Part shown: piece by piece, positions 9,719 through 19,305 of the stretch
How the letters are laid out: each line of letters opens with the position of its first letter
How positions within the stretch are numbered: the stretch's first letter is position 1
NCBI GenBank assembly: GCA_963844035.1
Contig: CAWJMT010000005.1
Span: 64,001-128,000, forward strand
Reading direction: 5' to 3'
DNA length: 64,000 nt
From: an uncultured Gemmatimonadales bacterium
GTDB lineage: Bacteria; Gemmatimonadota; Gemmatimonadetes; Gemmatimonadales; GWC2-71-9
Position numbers and translations under genes: made by a program
Notes under the pieces: model-generated
What the model was told of the DNA's origin: nothing
Database searches by the model: none
Seen by the model: the letters and a program-made list of their open reading frames with translations, nothing else

Positions 9719-11899
9719 TCAGGCAGGAGCGCGGGTGCGCGCGGCGCCGCGAGCCGACACCGTGCGCGGGTGCGGCACGACCGGGCTGAGCGGGGGACGC
9801 GCGTCGCTCATTTCCCGCGTGGCCTCGCGGGCGAGCTGCTGGAGCGCGATCTGGGAGCGGACCGATGGGTCGTCCTTTCCGGGGAGGCGCCGGTGGTATG
9901 TCCCGTCGGATGCCAGCTCCCGTGCTTTCACGTTGTCGGCCACCTCGAGACGCAGGATCTCGTTGATGAGGCGAGCCTTGAGGGCCGGATCTTCGATGGG
10001 GAACACCGTCTCGATGCGCCGCCAGAGGTTGCGGGGCATCCAGTCGGCGCTCGAGAGAAAGACGTCCGGGTCGCCGTCGTTCTCGAAGTAGAAGATGCGG
10101 CTGTGCTCGAGAAATTTGTCCACGACGCTGGTCACACGGATGTTGTCCGAGACCCTCGGCAGCCCTGGGCGGAGGCAACAAATACCCCGCACCATGAGGT
10201 CGATGGACACCCCTGCCTGGGACGCCCGGTACAGCGCGTCGATCACCGAGGGCTCCACCAACGCGTTCATCTTGAGGATGATGCGCGCGGCGCGGCCCGT
10301 GCGGGCGTTCTTTTCCTCGCGCCCGATCAGCGCCATCAGGCGTTCCCGCAGGCCCCGGGGCGCCAGGATGAGCTTCTTCCACGTGTACCCTTCGGCATAC
10401 CCGGTCAGCAGGTTGAAGAGCGCGCTCGTGTCCTCGCCGAACTCCGGCTGCGCCGTGAAGAGCCCGAGATCGGTATAGACGCGCGCGGTGGTGGGGTTGT
10501 AGTTCCCCGTGGACAGGTGGACGTAGCGCCGGATCCCATCGGGCTCGCGGCGCACGACAAGTGCTGCCTTGCAGTGGGTCTTCAAACCGACGATGCCGTA
10601 CACCACGTGGACGCCGGCCTGCTCCAGCGTGCGCGCCCAGTTGATGTTGTTCTGCTCGTCCATGCGGGCCTTGAGCTCGATGAGGGCGGTCACCTCTTTG
10701 CCGTTCTGGGCCGCGCGGGTGAGGGCGGCGATGATCTGGCTCGCGCCGCTGGTGCGGTACAGCGTTTGCTTGATCGCCAGGACCTGCGGGTCCTTCGCGG
10801 CCTGTTCGATGAAGTCCACCACACATCCGAACGATTCGTACGGCAGGTGCACCAGGACGTCCTGCCGCCGGATGACGTCGAACAGGTCATGCCCCATCCC
10901 GAACGGCGGGGGCACGCGGGGGACGAGCGGCTCGTCCTTGAGGGCCGCGAGGCCCTCGAGTCCCGCCAGCGCCAGGAGCGCCGTGAGGTCCACGGGGCCG
11001 GCGACGCGGTACACGTCGCGCGCGCTGAGGTCGAGCGCCTCGCTCAACATCCCAACGAAGGCCTCGTCGGCGTCGGCGGAGATTTCCAGACGGACCGGAT
11101 CGCTCCGGATACGCTGGCGCAGACTCTCCTCGATCATTTCGAGCAGGTCTTCAGCCTCCTCCTCTTCGAGGGTCAGGTTGGTGTTTCGCGTGACGCGGAA
11201 GACGGCGTGATTCAGCACGCGGAGGCCGCCAAACAACTCCTGCAAGTGTTGGGCGATGATGTCTTCCAGCAGCATGAAGCGTACGCGGCCGCCGCTGCGT
11301 GACACGATCACGACGCGGTCCAGCACCGCGGGCACTTGCACGACGGCGAAGTGCTTCCGGGGGGCGCTGCCGTTCGCGCGCTCGATCATGAGCGCGATAT
11401 TGAGACTCTTGTTGTGCACGTGCGGAAAGGGATGTCCGGGGTCGATCGCGAGCGGCGTCAACACCGGGTAGATGCTGGTGTGGAACAGCGCCTCGATCTC
11501 ACCCCGCTCGCTCTCGTTCAGGTCGTCGAACCGCACCCGCTCTACGCCTCCGGCGGCGAGTCCTGGAAAGAGATGCTCCGCCAAAATGAGGTATTGGGCG
11601 GCAACCAGCTCATGGGTACGCTCGGCGATCGCGGCGAGCTCCTCGGCGGGTGCCATCCCGTCGGCGCCGTAGTCCTGCGGCTCCACGCCCGCGAAGACCT
11701 GTTGCTGCAGTCCTGCGACGCGGATCTCGAAGAACTCGTCCAGGTTCGAGCTGAAGATGCCGAGGAATTTCAACCGCTCGAGCCAGGGGTTGGTCGCGTC
11801 CGCCGCTTCCTCAAGGACGCGTCCGTTGAACTCGAGCCACGACAGTTCCCGGTTGATGTAGTGATCCGGGGGATACGCGGGGATGGGGCGGTCGGTCAT
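9719..11899 (-). CDS. ppk1: Polyphosphate kinase 1
   Basis: YINRELSWLEFN, HLPYESF, KQTLYRT, KTHCK and FLEHSRI motifs. Confidence 0.97.
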   Translation of the reverse strand: MTDRPIPAYPPDHYINRELSWLEFNGRVLEEAADATNPWLERLKFLGIFSSNLDEFFEIRVAGLQQQVFAGVEPQDYGADGMAPAEELAAIAERTHELVAAQYLILAEHLFPGLAAGGVERVRFDDLNESERGEIEALFHTSIYPVLTPLAIDPGHPFPHVHNKSLNIALMIERANGSAPRKHFAVVQVPAVLDRVVIVSRSGGRVRFMLLEDIIAQHLQELFGGLRVLNHAVFRVTRNTNLTLEEEEAEDLLEMIEESLRQRIRSDPVRLEISADADEAFVGMLSEALDLSARDVYRVAGPVDLTALLALAGLEGLAALKDEPLVPRVPPPFGMGHDLFDVIRRQDVLVHLPYESFGCVVDFIEQAAKDPQVLAIKQTLYRTSGASQIIAALTRAAQNGKEVTALIELKARMDEQNNINWARTLEQAGVHVVYGIVGLKTHCKAALVVRREPDGIRRYVHLSTGNYNPTTARVYTDLGLFTAQPEFGEDTSALFNLLTGYAEGYTWKKLILAPRGLRERLMALIGREEKNARTGRAARIILKMNALVEPSVIDALYRASQAGVSIDLMVRGICCLRPGLPRVSDNIRVTSVVDKFLEHSRIFYFENDGDPDVFLSSADWMPRNLWRRIETVFPIEDPALKARLINEILRLEVADNVKARELASDGTYHRRLPGKDDPSVRSQIALQQLAREATREMSDARPPLSPVVPHPRTVSARGAARTRAPA

Positions 11900-11900
11900 G

Positions 11901-13532
11901 CTAGCGCTTCCGCTTGGCGCGCGGCCATGAGAGCGACACCTGGGTCTCGAACGCCTTCTCGAACAGACCCGCCTTCCGCCTCGCGTCCTCCAGCTCGATG
12001 AGCGGGTCGTGCGCCGCGGTGACCAGAATCCGCATCCATCCGTCGCCAACCCGGCAGCGCACTCCCGCGACGACCTGGCCGTGGGCCCGGTCGAGGCCGT
12101 CCGCGACCCGCAGGATTCCCGCGAGGCGCCGCACGAGACGACGCTCGCCCTTTTCGAGTCCGGCGAAGTTGGCGTGCGCCTTCTTCGGAACCGCGCGCCG
12201 GTGATAGCGGGCGACGTTGGCGATCAGCTCGACTTCCCGCTTCGAAAACCCCCGCAGGTCCGCGTGCATGATCAGGTGGTATGCGTGCTTGTGATGCTCC
12301 TCGTGGTTGATGAGGTAGCCGATGTCGTGCAACAGGGCCGCCGCGCGCAGGATGTCGCGACCGTTCGGCGGCAGCGCGTACGCGTCGCGCAGCGCGTCGA
12401 ACATCTCGGCGGCCAGGGCGGCGACGTGCTCGCAATGACGTTCGTTGGAGCGGCACTTGCGGGCGAACCGGCGCACCGCTTCGAGGCGGTCCGGCTGCAG
12501 GTCCTTCGCCGGCGCCGGGGTGCCGCCCCGCTCGTCGATCATCGACAGCAGCACGCCGTCCCGCACACCGCGGTCATTCACCATCACCCGTTGCGTGCCG
12601 AGCCACTTGGTCAGACGGGAGACGACGGCGACCCCCGCCAAGATGATGTCGGCTCGCGCAGGGTTGAGGCCTGGTATCCGGCGCCGGGCGTCGAGCGGCG
12701 TCTCCCGCAGCCGGTCGAGCGTGCGCTTGACCTCGGCGCGGCTGAGCGCGTAGTCCCGGGCGTTCGTCACCTTGCCGTCCCGCTCCGCCTGTGCCATCTC
12801 GGCCAGATTGGTAAACGTCCCGCCGCTCCCGATCATCAATGGGGCGGCGAACGGCGGCTTCCCGATCGCGTCCTTGATCGCCTGATCGATCGCGCGACGC
12901 AGCGCCTTCCAATGCTTGGGGCGGAGCGGGTCGGACTTCCCAAAGCGTTCCGTCAGCCGGACCGCGCCCAGCGGCAGCGAGACGACCTGCTCCACCAGGC
13001 CGCCGGCGGCAAGGACGACTTCGGCGCTGCCGCCACCGATGTCGACGATGGCGGTCAGGCGATCGTCGAGATCGTAGTGGCGGGTCACGCTCCGGAAGGC
13101 GAGCCGCGCCTCCTCCTCGGCCGGGACCACTTCGATGCGCAGGCGATGACGCCGCCAGGCTTCACGCACGAAGTCGCGCCCATTCGATGCCTCGCGCACG
13201 GCGCTCGTCGCGATCGCCCGCAGCTCGGCCACGCCGAACCCGTCGGCGATCGCTTTCATCTTGCCGAGCGCCTGCAGCGACTGTTCCATCGGCCCTTCAC
13301 CAAGGTGGCCGCTGCTGTATAATCCGCGGCCGAGGCGCGTCATCTCGCGGTCCTCATCGAGCAGGCGGTAGCTCCCATCGGCATCGACCTCGACCACGGC
13401 GAGACGAATCGAGTTCGTGCCGATGTCGATCGCGGCCAAGCGGGGGAGCGGTGGCTGCCCGCCGGGCGCTGGGGGCGGGGCGGCGCTGGCCTTGGCCACG
13501 CTTGCGGGTGCTGCCGTCGGGGCGATCACCAT
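11901..13532 (-). CDS. ppx: Ppx/GppA exopolyphosphatase with HD domain
   Basis: AIDIGTNS, ATSAVREA, DIGGGSAE and LLHDIG motifs. Confidence 0.93.
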   Translation of the reverse strand: MVIAPTAAPASVAKASAAPPPAPGGQPPLPRLAAIDIGTNSIRLAVVEVDADGSYRLLDEDREMTRLGRGLYSSGHLGEGPMEQSLQALGKMKAIADGFGVAELRAIATSAVREASNGRDFVREAWRRHRLRIEVVPAEEEARLAFRSVTRHYDLDDRLTAIVDIGGGSAEVVLAAGGLVEQVVSLPLGAVRLTERFGKSDPLRPKHWKALRRAIDQAIKDAIGKPPFAAPLMIGSGGTFTNLAEMAQAERDGKVTNARDYALSRAEVKRTLDRLRETPLDARRRIPGLNPARADIILAGVAVVSRLTKWLGTQRVMVNDRGVRDGVLLSMIDERGGTPAPAKDLQPDRLEAVRRFARKCRSNERHCEHVAALAAEMFDALRDAYALPPNGRDILRAAALLHDIGYLINHEEHHKHAYHLIMHADLRGFSKREVELIANVARYHRRAVPKKAHANFAGLEKGERRLVRRLAGILRVADGLDRAHGQVVAGVRCRVGDGWMRILVTAAHDPLIELEDARRKAGLFEKAFETQVSLSWPRAKRKR

Positions 13533-13593
13533 GGAGATACCGGGTGCAGGTGAGTGGTCGAGCGTGAGTTGCTTTAGAATCTACACCATGTTA

Positions 13594-13610
13594 CGTAACG
13601 ACCGGGCAAC
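13594..13610 (-). promoter_or_regulatory. Candidate Pho box (GTTGCC-cggtc-GTTACG) in the divergent ppx/ppk2 gap
   Basis: 11-bp-period repeat with a TAGATT -10-like hexamer downstream on the minus strand. Confidence 0.5.
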
Positions 13611-13703
13611 GGCTATGTCTCGGTGTAAGCTCATGCGCCGCCGCGAGATGCGCGGCATGCGTCGTGCGGCGTTCGCCCCGCACTCAGGCTGGAGGGTCAC
13701 GCG

Positions 13704-14513
13704 ATGACGCTGCGCGAGCGGCTGCTGGTCGAGCCGGGGAAGGCGGTGATGCTCGCCGACTGGGACCCGGCGGACAAGCTCGGGTTCACGAAGGACGACG
13801 AGCACAAGGTCGCCCTGGCGGAGGACATCGAGCGCCTGGATGAACTCCAGTACCTGATGTATGCGGAGGACCGGCACGCGCTGTTGATCGTGCTCCAGGG
13901 AATGGATGCCTCGGGGAAGGACGGCACGATCCGGCACGCGATGTCGGCGTTCAATCCGCAGGGGTGCCGGGTGACTGCCTTCAAGACTCCAACCCCTGAA
14001 GAGTTACAGCACGACTTCCTGTGGCGCGTTCATCGCGCCGTGCCTGGCCGGGGCGACATTGCGATCTTCAATCGGTCGCACTACGAAGACGTGCTGGTCG
14101 CCAGGGTCCGCAAGCTCGTCTCGAAGGACGTGTGGTCGAGCCGCTACGGGCAGATCAACCAGTTCGAAGAGCTGCTGCGAGACAACGGAGTTACCATCGT
14201 GAAGCTCTTCCTGCACATCAGCAAAGAGGAGCAGAAGGCGCGTTTCGAAGAGCGGCTCAAGGACCCGACCAAGCAGTGGAAGGTCGCACCGGGCGATTTC
14301 GAGGACCGGAAGCATTGGGACGACTACCTCACGGCCTACGAGGACGCACTCACTCGTTGCAGCACCGATGCCGCACCGTGGTACATCATCCCGGCGGACC
14401 GGAAGTGGGTCCGCAACCTTGTCGTATCGCGCCTGCTCATAGAGATCCTCGAGGCGCTCGAGATGAAATTCCCCAAGCCGGCGTTCGACCTGTCCGACCT
14501 GAAGATCGAGTAG
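13704..14513 (+). CDS. ppk2: Polyphosphate kinase 2 family (class III-like)
   Basis: LQGMDASGKDG Walker A, HDFLWR and FNRSHYEDVL motifs. Confidence 0.93.
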   Translation: MTLRERLLVEPGKAVMLADWDPADKLGFTKDDEHKVALAEDIERLDELQYLMYAEDRHALLIVLQGMDASGKDGTIRHAMSAFNPQGCRVTAFKTPTPEELQHDFLWRVHRAVPGRGDIAIFNRSHYEDVLVARVRKLVSKDVWSSRYGQINQFEELLRDNGVTIVKLFLHISKEEQKARFEERLKDPTKQWKVAPGDFEDRKHWDDYLTAYEDALTRCSTDAAPWYIIPADRKWVRNLVVSRLLIEILEALEMKFPKPAFDLSDLKIE

Positions 14514-14524
14514 CGTGACCGGCT

Positions 14525-14986
14525 TCAGGTATCGGGGGTCAACGGCACCTGCTCCGCCGGGACCCCGGACGGAGAGAACCGGACCGCCAGGACTCGCACG
14601 CCGGCCAGGCCCCCGATAACGACGAGCAGCAACGCAAACGATTTCCAGTCGCCGCCGCGCAGCCACAACGAGATGATTTCGGTCAGCATCACCACCAGGA
14701 TCGTGTCCACGATGAACGTCACCCGCACGCGTCCCTCGGCGAGGTAGGCGAGGGTGGCCTTGAAGACTTCGACCACGGCCAGCAGGATCAGGATCCCGAT
14801 CAACACGTGCCGCAGCACCAGCTCCACGTCCTCGACGAACAGGCGTCGCAGCTCCCACCCCACGGCGAGAATCCCGCCCACCAGAGTCGCCAGAATCAGC
14901 AGTAACAGCCCGCTCAGGACGGCGCGAATGAACCAGACGAACGGTCGCGCGCGCATGTAGACTGCGGCTTGTTCGAGGTCATCCAT
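14525..14986 (-). CDS. Phosphate-starvation-inducible PsiE-family membrane protein
   Basis: Four TM helices; VEVFKATLAY...RVRVTFIVD pattern; Pho context. Confidence 0.7.
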   Translation of the reverse strand: MDDLEQAAVYMRARPFVWFIRAVLSGLLLLILATLVGGILAVGWELRRLFVEDVELVLRHVLIGILILLAVVEVFKATLAYLAEGRVRVTFIVDTILVVMLTEIISLWLRGGDWKSFALLLVVIGGLAGVRVLAVRFSPSGVPAEQVPLTPDT

Positions 14987-15095
14987 TAGGTGTCAGGTGT
15001 TAGGTGCTAGGTGTCAGGTGGGAAACTCTGCAGGGTGGGTGCGGGGTGCTGGGCGTCATTACCTGACACCTCACACCTGGCACCTAGCACCTGCC
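14987..15095. repeat. Inverted array of degenerate heptamers (YAGGTGY x5 / reverse complement x5)
   Basis: taggtgt caggtgt taggtgc taggtgt caggtgg ... acctgac acctcac acctggc acctagc acctgcc. Confidence 0.9.
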
Positions 15096-15096
15096 C

Positions 15097-15528
15097 TTAT
15101 CCCAGCAACCGCGTCGCCACGATTGCGCCTGCCACGCCAAGCAGCACGCCGGCGAGCACGTCGCTCACGTGGTGAACCCGCAGGCGCACGCGCGAGTAGG
15201 CGACGAGTCCGGCGAGCGGCAGAACGAGGGCCGCGTAGATCGGCTCCGCGAGCACTACGCTGCCTGCGACCGCTGTCGCTGCCGCGGCGTGGCCCGAGGG
15301 GAACGAGAAGGGGTCGGGGAGATCGACCAGCGCGAGTGGCCGCCCGAAGGGGTCGCACGGGCGGGTACGCACCACCGTGCGCTTGAGTACCTGCACCGCG
15401 GCGTGCGACATCACGTTCGCGAGCAGGACGGTGAGTCCCAACCGCGCCGTGTTGCCGCCGAACAGCAGCAGCACGATCCCCGCAGCGACGGTCGCGCGCG
15501 CACCGCCGAGATGAGTGATCCAGCGCAT
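15097..15528 (-). CDS. PAP2-family membrane phosphatase
   Basis: KRTVVRTRP, SFPSGH and SRVRLRVHHVSDV motifs; ATGA overlap with the upstream gene. Confidence 0.9.
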   Translation of the reverse strand: MRWITHLGGARATVAAGIVLLLFGGNTARLGLTVLLANVMSHAAVQVLKRTVVRTRPCDPFGRPLALVDLPDPFSFPSGHAAAATAVAGSVVLAEPIYAALVLPLAGLVAYSRVRLRVHHVSDVLAGVLLGVAGAIVATRLLG

Positions 15529-16352
15529 CAGACGGCCACCATCTCGGCCGGAGCGCGGTGGAACGCTCCGGTGAGCGGGCGCCCTTCGTAACAGCTCGGG
15601 ATCTCCATCCCAAACCACCACAGGATCGTCGCGGGCAAGTCGAGCAGGGACACCGAGTGCGTCAGCTGGTGGCGGCGCATCACGCCCGGACCCGCGAGCA
15701 CCAGCGGGATATGATCGTTCACGGGGTGCGGCTCGTCGTGCTCGTGCGACTGAACGCCGCCGCCTCCGTGATCTGCGGTGACGATGAACGTCACCTCGTC
15801 GGTCCACTCGGAGAGAATGCCGATCGCGCTATCCACTTCCGCCGCGGCCTCGAGGTACGGCTCCGACATCCAGCCATGCGCGTGACCGGCGCGATCGCAG
15901 TCGGGCAGGTACAGAAACAGCAGGCGCGTTCCGGGCTCGGCGAGCAGTTCCCCCGCGGCCGCCGCCGTCTCGCGGGCACGCTGGCCCGATGCGATCAGCC
16001 GCCGCGCGCCGGCCGTGGTGGCCAGCGCCCACGCCACCGGGTGGACCGCGCGCCCGAGCTCGGTGGTGACGATGTCCACCGGAATGCCGCCCGTGGTCAA
16101 CTCGCGAGCGACCGGACGCAGCGTTCGCAGGCGTGGCAGGAAGCGCAGGCCGGGCTCGATCAGCCGGTGCGTCTCGGGCGCGACGCCGGTGGCGAGCGAG
16201 GCCAGCGCGGCGACAGTAGCGCTGGGCCGCACGGTGTGCGCCCGCGGGGCGTGGGTGAAGGCCCGACCCATTGCGTCGAGCGAGGGCATCACGCTCGGCG
16301 ACACCGCGTCGGGCCGGAGCCCGTCGGCGAGCACGAACACTAGGCGGCGCAT
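15528..16352 (-). CDS. Alkaline-phosphatase-superfamily (nucleotide pyrophosphatase/phosphodiesterase-like) enzyme, no signal peptide
   Basis: VLADGLRPD, PSATV, DCDRAGH and TADHGG motifs. Confidence 0.8.
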   Translation of the reverse strand: MRRLVFVLADGLRPDAVSPSVMPSLDAMGRAFTHAPRAHTVRPSATVAALASLATGVAPETHRLIEPGLRFLPRLRTLRPVARELTTGGIPVDIVTTELGRAVHPVAWALATTAGARRLIASGQRARETAAAAGELLAEPGTRLLFLYLPDCDRAGHAHGWMSEPYLEAAAEVDSAIGILSEWTDEVTFIVTADHGGGGVQSHEHDEPHPVNDHIPLVLAGPGVMRRHQLTHSVSLLDLPATILWWFGMEIPSCYEGRPLTGAFHRAPAEMVAV

Positions 16353-17502
16353 GCGGTCACCTGCTTCCCATTCCCATGCACCAGGCCCGCGTACTGCGCG
16401 AGGAGCCGGGCGTCTTCGTGCTCGCTGTCGCGCTGGAGCACCCATTCCCGTGCCGCCGCGGCGAGCGCGAAGCGGCGTCCGGAGTCGAGCACGAGGGCTT
16501 CGATCCCGGCCGCGAACGCCTGAGCGTCGTGCGGCGCCACCAGCAGACCGGTCCGCTCGTGATCGACGCTTTCGCGCAACCCGCCGGCATCGGCGGCGAT
16601 CACCGGGAGCCCGGAGGCCATCGCCTCGAGGGCGACGAGGCCACAGGTCTCGGTGTACGACGGGAGCACGCACAGGTCGCAGCTCGCGTACAGGGTGGCG
16701 AGCGTGGTGCGCGGCAGGAACCCGAGCTGGCGGACGAACGGCAGCTCGGTGAAGATCCGCGGTGCGAGCGGACCCTCGCCCGCGATGACGAACGTGGCGC
16801 GCTGTCCCAGGCGCTCGCGCGCCAGCTTCCATGCCGCGATCAAGAACCTCCAGGTTTTTCTCCGGGGCGAGCCGTCCGACGTGCAGGACGATCGCGCTGT
16901 CGTCGCCCCCCGCCATCCAGCGGCGCCATCCCGCCTCGCGCCGCGAGGGGTGAAACTGTTTGGAGTCGACTCCTTGCCCCCACACGTGCGCCTGGCTCAA
17001 GCCGTGGCGGTGCAGCTCATCGCGAGTCCCGTCTCCGGGTGTGAGCGTGAGGCGGGCCGCGCCGTGGAACCAGGCGAGCCAGCGCCACACGAGCGGCGCC
17101 AGCGCGGGCACTCCGTAGTGACGCGCGTAGCGTGGAAAGTCGGTGTGAAACGACGTGACCAGCGGGAGACCGCGCCGCAAGGCGAACCGCCGGCCGGCGA
17201 GGCCGAGCGGCCCTTCCGTGTGCACGTGCACCAGCTCGGGCCCGAAGTCGTCGAGGAATCGCGCCACGGCGCCGAAGGCGGGCAGGGACAAACGGATGGC
17301 CGGATATGGCGGGAAGGGAACCGACGCCACCCGCAGCTCGTGGGTAATGGGGCGGTCGTTCGCGATCGGGGTACCGCGGTGCAACGATCGCAACATCGTG
17401 CCCGGCTTCGCCCAGCATGTCGGCGATGCGCCCCACGATCGTGCTCACCCCGTTCACCTGGGGCGCGTAGGTATCGGAGACTAGCCCAATCCGCACGCCC
17501 AT
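16340..17502 (-). CDS. GT4 glycosyltransferase, glycolipid-synthase-like (frameshifted)
   Basis: SDTYAPQVNGV, SFHTDFPRY, VGRLAPEKN and ETCGLVALEAMASGLPV motifs. Confidence 0.85.
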
Positions 17503-17539
17503 ACGATCGGGCGGGACCGTCAATACCTCGCGACGGGGG

Positions 17540-17556
17540 GGTGACGGGTTTGTAAC
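17540..17556 (-). promoter_or_regulatory. Candidate Pho box (GTTACA-aaccc-GTCACC)
   Basis: 11-bp-period repeat 38 bp upstream of the GT4 start. Confidence 0.7.
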
Positions 17557-17577
17557 AACCGGCAAGTGCAGCCGGGA

Positions 17578-19305
17578 TCAGCGGTTGGACGGCTCTCCGG
17601 GGAAATGCAACTGGATCGTCGTACCGCGCCCCAGGGTGCTCTCCGCGGTGACGCGGCCCCCGTGCGCTTCCATGAGGTGTTTCACGATCGCGAGCCCCAG
17701 GCCCGTTCCGCCTTGCGCCCGGGAGCGACCCGCGTCGGCCCGATAGAACCGCTCGAAGATGCGGGGCAGGTGCTGCGGTGCGATGCCGGATCCGGTGTCC
17801 GCCACGGCGATCGTGACGCCGTCCGGGGCGGCGGCGGCCCGCACCGCGATCTCGCCGCCCGACGGCGTGTGGCGGAGCGCGTTGTCGAACAGGTTCGTGA
17901 GTATCTGCCGCAACGCGTCCGGGTCCGCCGCCACTGCGGCCGCATCCGGCGCGATCTCGACGGTGAAGCGCATGTCGCGGGCGCGCGCGCGGTCGCTGAA
18001 GGGCGTCCACGCCTCCTGCGCGAGCGCGGCGACATCGACCACGCGCTGCACCGGCTGCCAGCCGCCCGACTCGATGCGAGAGAGGTCGAGGAGATCGTCC
18101 ACCAGGCGCTGCATGCGTTGCGCGTTGCTGAGGATGGTATCGGCGAATTTCCTGGCGCGCTCCTTGTCGGGCTCCTCGGTCGCGAGGGTTTCCGCGTAGC
18201 CGGCGATGGAAGTGAGCGGCGTCTTGAGCTCGTGCGACACGTTGGCGACAAAATCGCGCCGGACGGCCTCGAGGCGGCGCAGCGCCGTGACGTCGCGGAA
18301 CATGAGCAGCGTGCCGCCGTTCGGGAGCGAGCGGCTGGTGACGAGCAGCGCACGGCCTTCGAGGTCGAGCTCCTGCTGGTCGAATTCGCGTCCGCCGAGT
18401 GCCGCGCGCACCAGCTCGCGGGCGCGCTTTTCGTGGAACAGCTCGGTGACTGGTGGAAGCGGCTCGGCAGGCCGGCGGACGAGGAGACGGCGGGCGGCGG
18501 TGTTGACGGTGGCGACGTTGCCCGCGGCGTCGGTGGCGAGCAGGCCATCCGCCATCGATTCGATCAACGTGTGCGTCTCTTCGCGCTCGCGCTGCAGCTC
18601 GGTAAAGCGCTGCAGCAACTGCTCGTGCATGTCGTGCAGCGCCTGGGCGTGCGCGGCGATTTCGGGGATCCGCGATTCGGGGAACACGGGTGACCCACCC
18701 GCCGCGATGGCGCGCGCGGCGTCGCCCAACCGCACGACATTCCGCGCCACGGCACGGCTCAGGATCAACGCGAGCAGCGCCGCCACGCTCAGCGCGGTGA
18801 GCCCGGCGAACAGCACGCCGCGCTGCACCGCGCCCACCGTCCGGTCGACCGCGACGAGGGTGGTCGACAGGCGCACGACCGCGAGGCCCCGCGGGCCACC
18901 CCGCACGGCGAGGTACATGCGGTTCTCATTCGTGGACGCGCTGAGCCGCTGGTCGCGACCCACCCCGGTTGCGATGGCTGCGCGTACTTCGGGACGGTCG
19001 GCGTGATTCTCGAGCCGCGTCAGGGCGGCGCGATCGAACTCGGTGTCGCCGCGCACGCGACCCTTGGGGTCGATCAGGGTGACGCGATGGCCCGACAGCC
19101 GTCCGAGCATGCGGGCCGCGTCGGGCCACGCGGAGGAATCGGCGGGCAGCAGGGCGGCGACGATGTGCGCCTCATGCTCGAGCCCGAGGGCAATCTCGGA
19201 TTCGAGGTTGCGGCGTAGCACCTGGTCCGCAGCGACGATCAGGCCGCCCACGGTGACGGCGAGGAGCAGGCCCGTGCCGACGTAGACACGGCCCGCGAGC
19301 GTCAC
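17578..19305 (-). CDS. phoR: PhoR-like sensor histidine kinase
   Basis: TM-periplasmic(ENHADRPE)-TM-HAMP-PAS; DFVANVSHELKTPL; RIFERFYRAD..RSR..GGTGLGL. Confidence 0.88.
   Translation of the reverse strand: MTLAGRVYVGTGLLLAVTVGGLIVAADQVLRRNLESEIALGLEHEAHIVAALLPADSSAWPDAARMLGRLSGHRVTLIDPKGRVRGDTEFDRAALTRLENHADRPEVRAAIATGVGRDQRLSASTNENRMYLAVRGGPRGLAVVRLSTTLVAVDRTVGAVQRGVLFAGLTALSVAALLALILSRAVARNVVRLGDAARAIAAGGSPVFPESRIPEIAAHAQALHDMHEQLLQRFTELQREREETHTLIESMADGLLATDAAGNVATVNTAARRLLVRRPAEPLPPVTELFHEKRARELVRAALGGREFDQQELDLEGRALLVTSRSLPNGGTLLMFRDVTALRRLEAVRRDFVANVSHELKTPLTSIAGYAETLATEEPDKERARKFADTILSNAQRMQRLVDDLLDLSRIESGGWQPVQRVVDVAALAQEAWTPFSDRARARDMRFTVEIAPDAAAVAADPDALRQILTNLFDNALRHTPSGGEIAVRAAAAPDGVTIAVADTGSGIAPQHLPRIFERFYRADAGRSRAQGGTGLGLAIVKHLMEAHGGRVTAESTLGRGTTIQLHFPGEPSNR

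Noticed and set aside
14987..15095. CRISPR array
   Set aside because: Units are 7 nt, tandem and inverted, with no unique spacers and no cas genes
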